A program made the position numbers and the translations under genes. Shown in pieces: positions 36,229 through 48,639 of a stretch of DNA of 64,000 bases (position 1 is its first letter; every line of letters begins with the position of its first letter). The stretch is from Balanoglossus misakiensis (Eukaryota; Animalia; Hemichordata): positions 14,143,903 through 14,207,902 of the forward strand of contig CM082577.2 of NCBI GenBank assembly GCA_040954595.2, read 5' to 3'. The notes below the pieces were generated by a model. It had not been told where the DNA came from, made no database searches, and saw nothing but the letters and a program-made list of their open reading frames with translations.

Positions 36229-39200
36229 TCTTTCCAAGTATTTTAGCCGCAAAATATGGATTTGTCAATGAGCAGTGCTTATTTCCTAAAATTCATACGA
36301 AATCCAACGGATTTGTGTGATACGGATATTAATCTAACAATTCTTGTAATAAATATTGGGTTTCAGATTTACTTTTTGATGCTATTGTTTTTTCTGGCGA
36401 AATTTTACAAACAATTCACACACTTGCAAATTTTCAATAGAAATATTACTCATGATAAACATGGAGACAAAATTTCATTAGAAAAAAATCAAAAGGACTG
36501 TCATGTACGTGGCTTTGAAGGAGACTCAGTTTTTTCACAGATAAATTTTAATTTTAGTTTAAAGCCAAAATATGACAAAATGCATTTTTCCTGCTGTACA
36601 GCTGCAGGAAAGAGACTAAGAATACCATTATGTAATTTTTTCATTAGAAATTGGCAAAGAATGGGGAATATTTTCATAAATTTCTAACTTTTTCAGCAGT
36701 AATTATGTAAAAAAGAGGTTTTTCGGAAATTGGAAAATGTTTTCTATACTGTTCGAAGCTTTCATCAGCAGAAGTGTTGAAATGAACCTCTATTGAAACA
36801 GGAATATGGTCGGAGTCAACAACATTGCAAAGACTCGAAATTGAAAGAACATTGCTATGAGAAACTTCAGTGGTAACACAGTGGTCAATCCATGAAGTAC
36901 TGCCATGAGCATCGCTAATATAAGTAAACGTACCAGAATCCCTGCCTAGCAGCTCAACATCAGAAATAATTAGATCGTAAGACAATGATGAATTTCTGTG
37001 TTTTTTTGCTCTAGATAAAATATTAACTCATTCCTCTGGCAGGGGAACATTCTAAGGTTAAAATTTGTGATGAGAAAAAAAAGGCTTTTAACAGCTCAGT
37101 AGTTGTATCTTGTCATTATATTATTTAGAGTGTGTTGGTTCTCCGCATAAAACAATATTAGTTTCACTTACGAAATAATTTCAGCCTAGCTGCATGTGTA
37201 GTAACTACTGACGTACATCACTAATAGCAAAAGTTCGATAATATACAAACTACAATTTATGACCGTGATATCATAAATTATTTCATGGGACATTGACATG
37301 ACCGTGAGATAAATACCTATTTAGTTCATTTCCACTCAGTTTGTGATGATGTTTTAGAAATATATCATTAATTAGAAAAGTTCAACTTTGCTACTTAATG
37401 AAAATCGGTGGAATGTTTCCCATCATAATATTTTCCATACAAACAGTAAGTTTTAACGAAGTAGGTAAATCAAATTTGTCAGAAGTATAGCGCTCAACAA
37501 CTTCACATGGTGTTGCTGGATTCAACCGGGACACAAAAAGTGTCCATACACGCCGCGGTCGTGCGCCTTGAAGGCCGGCTGTAGTACTCGGCTCAGTTCC
37601 AATCACAGGCTGGGTTCTCTTCCGTTTTCGTCGTAAAATTCCTATAGAACTTTCCGCACTGTATCATATGGAAGACGTGTATAAGTTTGTGGTCATTCCA
37701 GACAGTTGAAAAATGCCTTGCTTCTGCTCAATGACTACTACATGGATATGCACACAACTACTTTTTTGGAGGGGGGGGGGGTTCCTGCTGGCCACTGATC
37801 GGCGTTGAATTTTGGACATAAATTGCATTTTACCTAACCTTTGACGTTTATTCGATACGTCTTAATATTTATATGAGTACATACATGTACAGTATGGTAT
37901 TCAACGCTTTCACGCCAGGACTACAGTTTAAGCTTTTGTATCAGAACAAAAATGACGCATACCGCATGACATTAATATTACGTATAGGAAACAGATTAGA
38001 TGGATGGGTTTCAATATCCATGTATTGACCAGCCATTTAAGAGCATACACCTGTCTACCCGAGAAAACGTTGAGTCGCTTCAAAATGTATGCTTAGAGGC
38101 GCAGAAGTCGTAGTTGCCATATTATCTGAACAGCATGTAGCTCAGACAAAAGCTACGGCCCTCTCAATTTACCTGCCACACAATAACGATGCCCGAAAAT
38201 GACTCTGACACAAAAGAAGCAAAAAACGTTCGTGACAGAGATAGAAATTGAACAATTATTACATGCATTTCAATTTAGTTAAAAATTAATAAAAGCAATT
38301 TAACGATCTTATAATGTCATTTGACACCTCTTGAAGAATACATATTCGGGAGAAAAGAAACACAGAGTGTCAGGTATACTAGATAGAAATTGCATTATAA
38401 ATTTAAACGTGAAGTCATTAAACGAGCCTCCGGCACGCGCACTGAGCTCTTAAAATTCCTTTGGTGGCCATGCTAGTTTTTCAGAAATGACAAAAATCTT
38501 TGAAAATAAACTTCTTCAAGAACTTTTTCTCAAGAACCATTTGACAGTTCGGAATGGTTGGGTGACTACTCATATGTGCGGCGACTTTTGCATAGTGGTT
38601 CTCTTAGATTAACCATATCTGCATAATATGTTACCCTTTATTTCTTATATTTGTACATATTTAATTCCATGCTAAAAAGTGACCAGTGGGGTTCGTTTTG
38701 TCGACGATGGATCAGCCCGGGCCCAGAATGTAATCCAACTTCTGGATGACATTTGACCAACATTCGCATATGTCATCAGCATATACAGTATATGTGTCCC
38801 TTGTATTTTTGGAACACGGCACTATATGGAGCCGTTCATAAAATGACAACTTTGCAAATACGTTGTGTTAATTGCGCTCCTGCCTTATTAAAGGTTTCAT
38901 ATTTATGTTAAATGGGATACGTGAACACCCCAGCTCGGGAATATAAAATCTGCAGTACAGTGGTGAAAACTGACTAATTTGGATTCGCCTTATAAATTCG
39001 CGGGCACAGAACCATTGGGCCAAACCGCATCCCGTAGACTGCAGTTATTCTTACTAAAATAACAAACACTTTGCAAAAAATGTCAACGCAGTTTCATTGA
39101 AGTCCGTTGATTTATACGATATTTCATGACATATAATCCCAAAATAATCCCAATTGTGGTCATCGTTCAGAAACTTAAGATGGGTCCCTAGGATCTTTTT

Positions 39201-39842
39201 GCTCGTTGCTATGGGCCTTTATAGGACACTACACTCAATTTTGATCGAAACCGTTATGAACGTCCGACAAGGGGCTTGTAACTAGTTAAAAATACACACG
39301 ATTGTGTGCACACCCCCTGTCTGAGTATGTTTACGCCAGCTACCGCCCGGCCATAGGCCGCCACGCTAATACGGCAAAGCAGCGGTCAGCGATAGCGTGC
39401 GCGTCCTGTAACCACAGTAACTGGATCGAACGCTAAAAATCCAATGTTTTGTACACAGAGATTTTGTACCGTTCACGAAAATCCCTAAGGCTTTTTTCAC
39501 AGGCGATGTAGGCCAGCCAAATTTGACCTGCTTGTTGAGAACGCACTTCCGCATAGTGTGACGGATCGTTTTTTCGGTTTTCGTCGTGCTAAGAAGCGAT
39601 ACCAGTGGAAGAGTGCGTCCAAAAACACCCAAAATCGATTACTTTTTCAGGTGTGGTACGGGTATGCTGAAATCGTAGGATACAACGATAATATTCGAAA
39701 ACAAAATCCGTCACGATCTTCCCTGGTTCAAGCAACTAATGAATACGTATCAAGTTCGTTTTTGAGGTCACGGAATAAAAAGCCTTAGGCTTTTGAAATT
39801 TGACCTAGCTAATTTGCATATCAAAAGCGTCAGGGGGCGCGC

Positions 39843-42800
39843 TGTAGTATTCTGATAGCTACGATCAATATAGCGCCCTCTAGTGTTGCATTGTTGGTGT
39901 TCCACTTGTTTATGAATTGCTGTATGACGTCACTTCCGCCCAGATTAGGCGAAGCACATTGTTGAGTCTTTTCAGCCGATCAATAAATAGGTTGTTGTTA
40001 TACCTTACGATCGCATTATTATTCCCATGTTGATGGAAACATAACATGGTGACAGCGGTGAACGTGAGTGATCAGATGTAAGCAGACTTTACACAGTATC
40101 GACTACACAAGACACCAAAACTACATAAGAAAAGACCATCGAACTGACCTGACAAGATGGCGGCCGCACTACAAACGCCCTTCACAGCCCCAAAGATGGA
40201 ATGGGACGCGCCAGATCTAGCAATAGCCTTCAGTCGTTTTCGTCAAAAATGTGAGTTAACATTTAAGACAGCACTTAAAGATGCTAACGATGAAGAGAAA
40301 GCTAGCTACATACTTCTATGGTCCGGTGAACCAGGTCTTGACAAATACAACAGTTGGTCGTTTGAAAATGAAGACCAGCGGAAAGACCCCACAGTACTAT
40401 TCGACAAATTTTCCGAACACTTAGAGCCGAAGTCGAATCATCGCATACATAGATACCAATTCCAAGATATGAGACAAGACCCTGGAGAACCAGTTGATGA
40501 TTTCTTTTCGAAATTGAAAAATGAAGCCGCCAAATGCAAATTTGGGGATACAAAAGAACAGGAAGCAAGACTCGTAGATCAGTTGATATGGGGGATCTGT
40601 CACCAAGAAATACAGAAGAAACTTATTGGGCGTGATGAGAAACTGACCTTGAAGGAGGCACTTGATATAGCTAGAGGTCACGAAGCCACAACAAAACACA
40701 TGAAAACGCTCACAGATTGCCAAATTGCTAGTCCCGTGGATAGCAAAGCTGTCAACACAGTAAAAAGGCAGCCCAACAAAACACACCCCAAACAATGTAA
40801 GCATTGCGGGAAAAAGCATGACACCTCAGTGAAAAGTAACTGCCCAGCATATGGCTCGAAATGCCGAAATTGTGGGAAACCTAATCACTGGCAGGCGGTA
40901 TGCCATTCCAAAACCAGCTCAAGCCAACCGAAGTCACAGCAGAGACGAGGTGGAAAACCAATCCATAATGTGACACGCTCGAGCAGCAACATGCATCAAA
41001 TAGATGATGAAGTCCTAGATGTTGGAACTATCGAAATAAATGCATTGGACAACATCAACAGACAAGAAGAAATATACACGAAACTGACAATCACACAGAG
41101 CGAAAAGAAAAGGAAAGTAGCACTGAGATGCAAGATTGATACCGGTGCACAGAGCAATATACTGCCCCTCTGCCTTTTCAAGATCATATTTCCAGAGAAA
41201 CTGGATAAACACGGAAATCCAAAACGCGGGCACTTGAAGGAAAATAAAACAATCCTTACCGCATATGGAGGTTCCAGAATCAAACAGCTTGGCACCATCG
41301 TCATTCCATGTGAACATAGAGAGAGGAAAATCAGATGCCTCTTCTATGTAACTGACGCCGCAGGCCCAGCCATTTTAGGGTTAAAGGCAAGCAGAGCCTT
41401 AAACCTGATACAAATAAACTGTTCAGTAGAAGCCATACAAGTGCAGGCGAGCCCAGAGTGCAAGACAGCACAGCCTGGAAGAAATGTGGAAGTGGAAAAG
41501 AGAAAGATGAACGAACAGAAGCCAGCAGGAAGAAACAGAAACCCTGCAGATGACTACATAGACAGTAATACACCCATCAGGGACCGCCCTCCCATAAAGA
41601 GCAAAGAACAGTTGCTGAGGATGTACCCTGATTGCTTTGACGACGTGGTCGGATGTTTTGAAAACTACACATACCACATCACTCTTGATCCAGAAGTACA
41701 ACCAGTAGTACACCCTGCCCGCAGAGTTCCATTAGAGCTAATGGATAGACTCAAAACCGAGCTACAGGAGATGGAAGATAAGCAAATCATCGCCAAAGTG
41801 AACCAGCCTACGAACTGGGTCAATTCTCTTGTTGTCCGGGAGAAAGACAATGGAAGACTTCGCATTTGTCTGGACCCGAAGGACTTGGACAAAGCCATTA
41901 AAAGGGATCATTACCCTACACCCACATTGGAGGAGATTACCCCAAAGTTGGCAGGCGCAACACTTTTCAGCAAGCTAGACGCGCGGAACGGATACTGGAA
42001 TGTAAAGATCGATGAAGAATCATCCTTCCTGACGACCTTTAACACACTATATGGCCGTTACAGATTCCTACGAATGCCATTTGGGCTAAGGATGAGCCAA
42101 GATGTGTTTCAATTCAAAATTGATGAAACATACAGAGAGTGTGAAGGTGCAGTCGGCATTGCAGACGATATACAAGTCTTCGGATCAGGAGAGCGACACC
42201 ATGACCTGCATCTACACGAAGCCATGGAACGAACCAGGAAAGCAGGCATTAAACTGAACAAAGAGAAATGCTACATCAAGACAAAAGAATGTAGTTTCTT
42301 TGGCATGTTATACACAGAAGACGGAGTTAAACCTAACCCAGAAAAGGTCAAGGCAATAGAGATGATGCAACCGCCTAGAGACAAGACCGAACTGCGCACA
42401 TTCCTCGGAATGGTGAACTACATGGGTTCGTTCATACCCAGATTAGCTGAACACACAGCACCACTGAGAGAGCTCATCAGAGACGACACTGAGTTTGAGT
42501 GGTCTCCGACACACACAAAGTCTTTCAATATGATCAAGGACCTGATCAGCACAAAGACTACACTTGCTTACTACGACCGTAAGAAGCCTGTCACTCTACA
42601 AGTCGACGCATCGGGAAAGGGAATCGGAGCGGTGCTCATACAGGAACAGAGACCTATAGCATTTGCGTCCAAGGCCCTGACACCAGCGGAAACCCGATAC
42701 GCCAATATACAAAGAGAACTACTCGCGGTAGTCTACGGATGCGAGAAGTTTCGCACATATCTCTACGGCAGAAGTTTCATAGTAGAGAGTGATCATCGAC

Positions 42801-44733
42801 CGTTGGAGCAAATTCAGAGGAAGAATTTGACCAAGGCACCACCCCGATTACAGAGAATGCTGTTGCGCATACAGCCGTATGATTTCACCATACACTACAA
42901 GCCAGGCAAACAGATGATACTTGCCGACGCACTATCTAGACTGTCACCGCAAGATCAGAACGAAATCAGTGACATGAAAGTCCAGATACACCACCTGGTG
43001 AAGATCACACCAATGAGACAGATGGAGATCAAAGAAGAAACTACCAAAGATGAAATTCTTCAATTATTGATCCAGCAAGTCCTGAAAGGATGGCCAGATA
43101 GCATCAAGGACATTCACGCTGATATTCGCCCCTATTGGTCTATTCGAGACGATATCGCTATCGAAGATGGTATTATCCTGATAGGCAGCCGACTCCTCAT
43201 ACCAGCAGTAATGAGAGATGAAATGCTACAACGCATTCATAGCAGTCACCTGGGGATCGAGAAATGCAAGCTGAGAGCCAGATCCAGCGTGTACTGGCCA
43301 GGAATTTATAAAGATATAGAGAGACTAGTAACAGGATGCAACGCGTGCCAGAAATTCCAGAATTCCCAGCAGAAGGAACCGATGATTCCAATGGAAATTC
43401 CACCACGACCGTGGCACACAATTGGAGCAGACCTATTCTACGTGAACCAAACATGGTACATGATAGTTGCTGACTACTACTCCAAGTTCCCCTTTATTAG
43501 GAAACTTGAAGACCTCAGAGCCAGTACCATTATGAGAGCCCTCCGAGTTCTATTTGCAGAGCAAGGAATACCCGAGAAACTAGTTTGTGACAACAGATCT
43601 CAGTTTACAGCTAGAGATTTCCACAGCCTAACTGAGAAATATGGTTTTGCGATAGTCACATCATCACCATACTATCCCAAAGGGCACGGTTTTATCGAGC
43701 GACATGTACAGACCGTGAAGAACATCCTGATGAAGTGCAAAGAGTCCGGAGATGATCCGAATCTAGCATTGTTGGCACTTCGCGCGACTCCATTGAAGTC
43801 CAACATACCATCACCAGCTGAGTTGCTGAACAGCAGAGCATACAAGACAACTCTCCCAGCCAAAATTCACCCAGCAAGAAACGGGGAGGAAGTTCGTCAA
43901 TACCTGACATCTCAACAGCAGGCCCAGACTTCCAGCCACGACCAGCACTCCAGACAACTACCAGAATTGCTGACAGGTCAACAAGTCCATGTACAAAACC
44001 CAATCAGCAAAACATGGAGTCCAGCGAGAGTTGTAGCCCCAGCAAACACACCTAGATCCTACACCGTGAAGTTAGACAACGGGAAACAAATGCAACGCAA
44101 CAGGATCCACCTGAAACCAGTCAGCGCAGAACTGAAACCAGCACAGACAGGGATGGATCAACACAATATTGCACCAGCAGTCACAGAGGGAACACCGCCT
44201 CAACAACCCGCAACGCCAGCGTCACCAGCCCAATAATCGTTGAGATCAACACGAACCAGAACAAATATACAAAAGCCGTCTCGATACAAAGACTATGTGA
44301 CTGATTGATAGCTTTTTCTGATATTGAGATACGCCATTTGTTCCACAGAAAGTTGAGTTATACAGAGGAAAATTTATCACATTTTTCCCAGAGTATTTTT
44401 CATGTTCGTTGCGTTTGATTTTGACAAAGACTGATTCAAGATGAATGCAGAGTTTGCACAGGACAATTCATAGTGACATTCGTATTCAAAAAAAGAGTTT
44501 TGAAACAATTTATCTTAAAGAAGAGGGGATGTAGTATTCTGATAGCTACGATCAATATAGCGCCCTCTAGTGTTGCATTGTTGGTGTTCCACTTGTTTAT
44601 GAATTGCTGTATGACGTCACTTCCGCCCAGATTAGGCGAAGCACATTGTTGAGTCTTTTCAGCCGATCAATAAATAGGTTGTTGTTATACCTTACGATCG
44701 CATTATTATTCCCATGTTGATAGAAACATAACA
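39843..44733 (+). mobile_element. Full-length young Ty3/Gypsy (Mag-like) LTR retrotransposon
   Basis: 204-bp LTRs at 39843-40046 and 44530-44733 with one visible difference; TSD CGCGC; PBS TGGTGACAGCGGTG (tRNA-Leu-like) at 40047; PPT AAAGAAGAGGGGA; single gag-pol ORF. Confidence 0.95.
40157..44236 (+). CDS. gag-pol: Gag-Pol polyprotein (Gag, zinc knuckles, protease, RT, RNase H, integrase)
   Basis: CKHCGKKH..C and CRNCGKPNHWQAVC knuckles; KIDTGA protease; KLDARNGYW and IADDI RT; VDAS and SDHRPL RNase H; HSSHLG..CNAC, GADLF, CDN and FIERH integrase. Confidence 0.95.
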   Translation: MAAALQTPFTAPKMEWDAPDLAIAFSRFRQKCELTFKTALKDANDEEKASYILLWSGEPGLDKYNSWSFENEDQRKDPTVLFDKFSEHLEPKSNHRIHRYQFQDMRQDPGEPVDDFFSKLKNEAAKCKFGDTKEQEARLVDQLIWGICHQEIQKKLIGRDEKLTLKEALDIARGHEATTKHMKTLTDCQIASPVDSKAVNTVKRQPNKTHPKQCKHCGKKHDTSVKSNCPAYGSKCRNCGKPNHWQAVCHSKTSSSQPKSQQRRGGKPIHNVTRSSSNMHQIDDEVLDVGTIEINALDNINRQEEIYTKLTITQSEKKRKVALRCKIDTGAQSNILPLCLFKIIFPEKLDKHGNPKRGHLKENKTILTAYGGSRIKQLGTIVIPCEHRERKIRCLFYVTDAAGPAILGLKASRALNLIQINCSVEAIQVQASPECKTAQPGRNVEVEKRKMNEQKPAGRNRNPADDYIDSNTPIRDRPPIKSKEQLLRMYPDCFDDVVGCFENYTYHITLDPEVQPVVHPARRVPLELMDRLKTELQEMEDKQIIAKVNQPTNWVNSLVVREKDNGRLRICLDPKDLDKAIKRDHYPTPTLEEITPKLAGATLFSKLDARNGYWNVKIDEESSFLTTFNTLYGRYRFLRMPFGLRMSQDVFQFKIDETYRECEGAVGIADDIQVFGSGERHHDLHLHEAMERTRKAGIKLNKEKCYIKTKECSFFGMLYTEDGVKPNPEKVKAIEMMQPPRDKTELRTFLGMVNYMGSFIPRLAEHTAPLRELIRDDTEFEWSPTHTKSFNMIKDLISTKTTLAYYDRKKPVTLQVDASGKGIGAVLIQEQRPIAFASKALTPAETRYANIQRELLAVVYGCEKFRTYLYGRSFIVESDHRPLEQIQRKNLTKAPPRLQRMLLRIQPYDFTIHYKPGKQMILADALSRLSPQDQNEISDMKVQIHHLVKITPMRQMEIKEETTKDEILQLLIQQVLKGWPDSIKDIHADIRPYWSIRDDIAIEDGIILIGSRLLIPAVMRDEMLQRIHSSHLGIEKCKLRARSSVYWPGIYKDIERLVTGCNACQKFQNSQQKEPMIPMEIPPRPWHTIGADLFYVNQTWYMIVADYYSKFPFIRKLEDLRASTIMRALRVLFAEQGIPEKLVCDNRSQFTARDFHSLTEKYGFAIVTSSPYYPKGHGFIERHVQTVKNILMKCKESGDDPNLALLALRATPLKSNIPSPAELLNSRAYKTTLPAKIHPARNGEEVRQYLTSQQQAQTSSHDQHSRQLPELLTGQQVHVQNPISKTWSPARVVAPANTPRSYTVKLDNGKQMQRNRIHLKPVSAELKPAQTGMDQHNIAPAVTEGTPPQQPATPASPAQ

Positions 44734-44923
44734 CGCGCGCTCACAATCGTGCAGATTTTCAACTAGTTACCAGCCCCTTGTTAGACTCTGAAAACGGCTT
44801 AGTCCAAATCGGGGTGTAATGTCCTATAAAGGCCCATAGCAACGGGCAAAAAGATCCCAGGGACCCATCTTAAAGTCGTAGTTTTTAATTGGATTAGACA
44901 TTCTAAAGACGGGTAGAGCGTCT

Positions 44924-45141
44924 CTGTCACTGATCGTGTTTTCCGTTTAAAGCGGACACTTTGTTTAAAATAGAAAATAGAACAGTGACAATGGATCGAT
45001 GTTGAAATTGCGTTATTTTAGCAAAATAGTTGCTGTCACTGATCGTGTTTTCCGTTTAAAGCGGACACTTTGTTTAAAATAGAAAATAGAACAGTGACAA
45101 TGGATCGATGTTGAAATTGCGTTATTTTAGCAAAATAGTTG
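44924..45141 (+). repeat. Local ~109-bp tandem duplication specific to copy 3
   Basis: CTGTCACTGATCGTG...GCAAAATAGTTG occurs twice in tandem; it is single in copies 1 and 2. Confidence 0.85.
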
Positions 45142-46333
45142 ATCAACTTACTGTCATGATATCATTTCGGTGCTTGGTATAGGCTGGAAATCAAACTATT
45201 TACTGAAATTGATGTCATTCAGCTAAAAGATTCATACCGCGTTCGATTGAATAGACTTCCCCATCCAATTCTTTCATCGGCAGTTTGAATGTGAAAAGCA
45301 TCCGTGAGTGTGGAGATGTTTCCAAAACCAACTTCACCGGCACTGTTCTATATTATTCTATATGAACAGCCCTGTTTGTTTGTTGCAATAACTGTAGCCT
45401 TGGTGGTGGGCTGGTGTATCGCCGTCGATTGGCCTGCCGTCAGCGATCAGGCCAGCCGACAGCGGTACACCAGCCCACCCACTAAGGCTACAATTATTGC
45501 AGCTACCTGTTTATATGACTTTCTCCCAGAATGAGCGGGCCATTTCGAAGCCTTGGATGTTTCCTAGAGTGTTGCAGGATCTGAATTAACACTCAGCAAA
45601 TAAATATGTTCCCACATATTTTTTTCTGTTTCTGTTCCTGCTTGGTTGAACGCGTTACAGTGAGAACCCCCGACAAATATGTTTCGCCCTCGTGTACATA
45701 TTTAACGTGCGCATGTGTGATGTGTAATCTTTTAATGTTGCATCTGCAACTGTGAACTGACTATTCAATTATAATGTATATAGCTTCAACTGTAGTAGTT
45801 TGGTTTGTGAGAAATAACAAATAAACATTTCTGACAGGCATATAGACAGGAGATGCATAACGGACGAATGATTCTCAGTCTCCGGGCAGAGGGCTCGGCC
45901 GATATGCCGCAGCCATGCGTTTGCATTAAAGTCATCGGACACTGAAATCGTTACGTTTTCCGAATGTGTAGATTATGAGCCGGTGTGGTGTCCCCTATAT
46001 TGTTAGGGGTAGTTTGAGTTTAATACTAAGCGCGGAGTTTACGAAAATGGCAACAAGAAAAATACTGTACTATTTGGTAAAGATTTATGAAACACTAAAA
46101 CAAGACATTTGTCAGCCCATGCCAAGCACCAAAATGATATCAAGAGATGGAAGTTTCCCCACAACCGAAATGACCTCATTTCGCAACAATTTTAAGTAAA
46201 TGAAGAAAATAAAAGCGAACAGTCTCTGTATAATGAAGAAATGATATTTTCTAACCTGTACCAAGCGTCAAATTGATATCGTGACATTAATATGGCCAAT
46301 TATTTTGGAGTTTTATTTATCTATTTCACATTA

Positions 46334-47592
46334 TAATGTCTCACTTAAACCAATTATTAAAAAATGAATCCCCATGGACGCACCTGCCAAACTTCTATTT
46401 TCAAAAATTGGGAGGGTTAATTTTGTACTTAACTGCAATTATAACGTAAGAAACTACATACAAAGTTACCAACATTTTATTCCAACCTCCTGTCACATTT
46501 TGAGGAACTAAAATCATCAACTATACAGACAGCCGAAGAGGCAGCCAAACAAATCCTTTGGAATAACCAACACATTACAGTTTGGGGGGACATATCCATA
46601 TTTTACAGGACATGGCTAGGCCACGGTGTTAAATATGTCAGTGATCTATTTGACGAATATGGTACCCAACTGCCCTGGAATATATTACAAGAAAAATATA
46701 ATATAAAAGTTAATTATGTAACTTACACGGGATTATTAAATGCTATACCGAATATGTGGAAAAGAATGTTTGAAAAATGGGCAATTCACTCATGTAACCG
46801 AAAGGGATGTTGATAACTATCTCAGACAAATTGATATTAATAAAACTGCCACGAAAGATTTCTATATACGAACTGTTTAAAAACCGTACCTCCCAGCCTG
46901 CAAAATCCGAAATCGAATACTCTAAACAAAATAATGCAAAAAAACGTAGAATGAAAAAAATCATGGTCATTAATATATTCAGTAACAAAAGAGGCAAAAC
47001 TGAGAATGTTCCAATTTAAAATCATGCATCGCATCTTAGCCACAAACTCATTTCTAAATAAAATTAAGATTTAAAAAAACCCACTTTCTTGACATTGTAA
47101 CACTGAAGAAAATACAGAACACTTGTTCTGGAAATGTAAAGAAGCCAGCGATTTCTTGGCCACCTTCCAACTGTTTTACAACAAAAAAACAAAACGATTC
47201 ATAAAACTGACATGTAAAGATGTTGTTTTTGGAGTACTACCTCATAGGGGAAATGATGATAATTGCAAAATATTATCTTTACTCAAAGCGATTCTTAAAT
47301 AATCCCACATCCTTTTCTGTTTTCTTTGAAAAAGTACGAAATGTCATTTTCACAGAGAGAAGTATTGCAAAAAAGACTGGGAAAACAGAACGCTTTAGAT
47401 TAAAATGGGAATCTTTGTTTCCCTATTTTGAAGTCACTATTTAAATTCCCTTGTACCTTTAATTAATTTATTTATTATTATATTGGGAGAAATGTACCTC
47501 TTTTTTGTTTTTCGTCCCTTTTGACTCTTGTTTCTGTATTTCTTCTGTTTTTTTTTCTCTGTTTTTGTTTTTGTTTCTTGCAATAAAAAAAA
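46334..47592 (+). mobile_element. Duplicate of the L1/Tx1-type 3' fragment
   Basis: Near-identical to 30225-31483. Confidence 0.7.
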
Positions 47593-48639
47593 TGATATCA
47601 AGAGATGAAAGTTTCTCCACAACCGAAATGACATCATTTCGCAAGAATTTTAAGTAAACGAAGAAAATAAAAGCGAACAGTCTCTGTATAAAGAAGAAGT
47701 GATATTTACTAACCTGTACCAAACGTCAAATTGACATCATGGCATTAATATGGCCAATTCTTTTGGAGTTTTATTTATTATTTATCTATTTCACATTATA
47801 TTATATAAAATTATTGTGTCATTAGAACACATTGCTTTACTCAGCCTAGTCATCCTGGAATATGTCTACTGTGAAATGTCTGTCGCTGTGAAGGCGCGCC
47901 TAAATATCTCCGTGCATACGCGTAAATATATTAACCATTTCTCATTGTCATAGCACTAACTCCCTCGATACCCCTAAAATTGTAGCCCCCTACAACCTCA
48001 GCCTGCATTAATACAGTTCAAGCTAGCTCCCACCGACACGATCATTTTTTTCTCTCGGGGAATTTCTGACAGTGTTGACTAATTTGCACTTGTCAAGAAA
48101 ATAATTAGATCGTAAGACAATGATGAATTTCTGTGTTTTTTTGCTCTAGATAAAATATTAACTCATTCCTCTGGCAGGGGAACATTCTAAGGTTAAAATT
48201 TGTGATGAGAAAAAAAAGGCTTTTAACAGCTCAGTAGTTGTATCTTGTCATTTTATTATTTAGAGTGTGTTGGTTCTCCGCATAAAACAATATTAGTTTC
48301 ACTTACGAAATAATTTCAGCCTAGCTGCATGTGTAGTAACTACTGACGTACATCACTAATAGCAAAAGTTCGATAATATGCAAACTACATTTTATTAACG
48401 TGATATCATAATATATTTCATGAGACATTGACATGACCGTGAGATAAATACCTATTCAGTTAATTTCCACTGAGTTTGTGATGATGTTTTAGAAATATAT
48501 CATTAATTAGAAAAGTTCAACTTTGCTACTTAATAAAAATCGCTGGAATGTTTCCCATCATAATGATGTGATATTGATATCTACAAACAGTAAGTTTCAA
48601 CGAAGTAGGTAAAGTAATTGTCAGTGTATGCGGATTCTG

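Larger units (their letters stand above)
34227..36753. mobile_element. Non-autonomous TIR DNA element with inverted internal 69-bp tandem arrays (foldback-like), 4-bp TSD CGAA
   Basis: ~34-bp perfect TIR AACAGTATAGAAAACATTTTCCAATTTCCGAAAA; CGAA at 34223-34226 and 36754-36757. Removing it restores the LINE reading SADESF-GSSSFKKCNFRVDW. Confidence 0.85.
31990..36968 (-). mobile_element. 5'-truncated non-LTR retrotransposon (CR1/L2-group-like) ORF2, interrupted by a TIR element
   Basis: APE endonuclease C-terminus (TFTY, SWIDH, SDH; 36755-36965). RT motifs NYRPIAL, QFGFK, FLDASKAFD, GVRQGGVLSP and YADD over 32152-34185 with a stop and a frameshift. AATAAA and an (ATT)n tail at 31990-32030. Other duplication copies lack it (CAAGAAAATAATTAGATCG at 21238 and 48094). 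Confidence 0.88.
39179..44869. mobile_element. Non-autonomous DNA transposon (~0.8 kb, TTAA-flanked, Kolobok-like) hosting an LTR element
   Basis: TTAA|GATGGGTCCCTAGGATCTTTTTGC ... GCAAAAAGATCCCAGGGACCCATC|TTAA with ~130-bp imperfect TIRs. Purine-purine termini with TTAA fit Kolobok better than piggyBac. Confidence 0.75.
20556..48612. repeat. Tandem segmental duplication: partial unit 20.56-21.75 kb, then units of about 21750-26470, 26470-37470 and 37470-48612
   Basis: Repeated landmarks: identical ORFs at 23719/28627 and 31109/47220, ORF1-like pieces at 21673/26374/37391, hairpin at 24830/29270/45390. The junction GTAGGTAAA|TCAAATTTGTC recurs, and unique sequence resumes at 48613. Confidence 0.9.

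Noticed and set aside
35638-36268. Cys-rich 23-aa repeat protein ORFs
   Set aside because: Translation of the 69-bp minisatellite, which also occurs inverted inside a TIR element; no coding or splice evidence.
40302-44003. Minus-strand ORFs overlapping gag-pol (also 51396-55592)
   Set aside because: Antisense shadows of retroelement coding sequence with no recognisable motifs.
20556-48612. Segmental duplication as a haplotype or assembly artefact
   Set aside because: More than two copies, each with private substitutions and different clean TE insertions; real tandem duplication fits better, though long reads should confirm.
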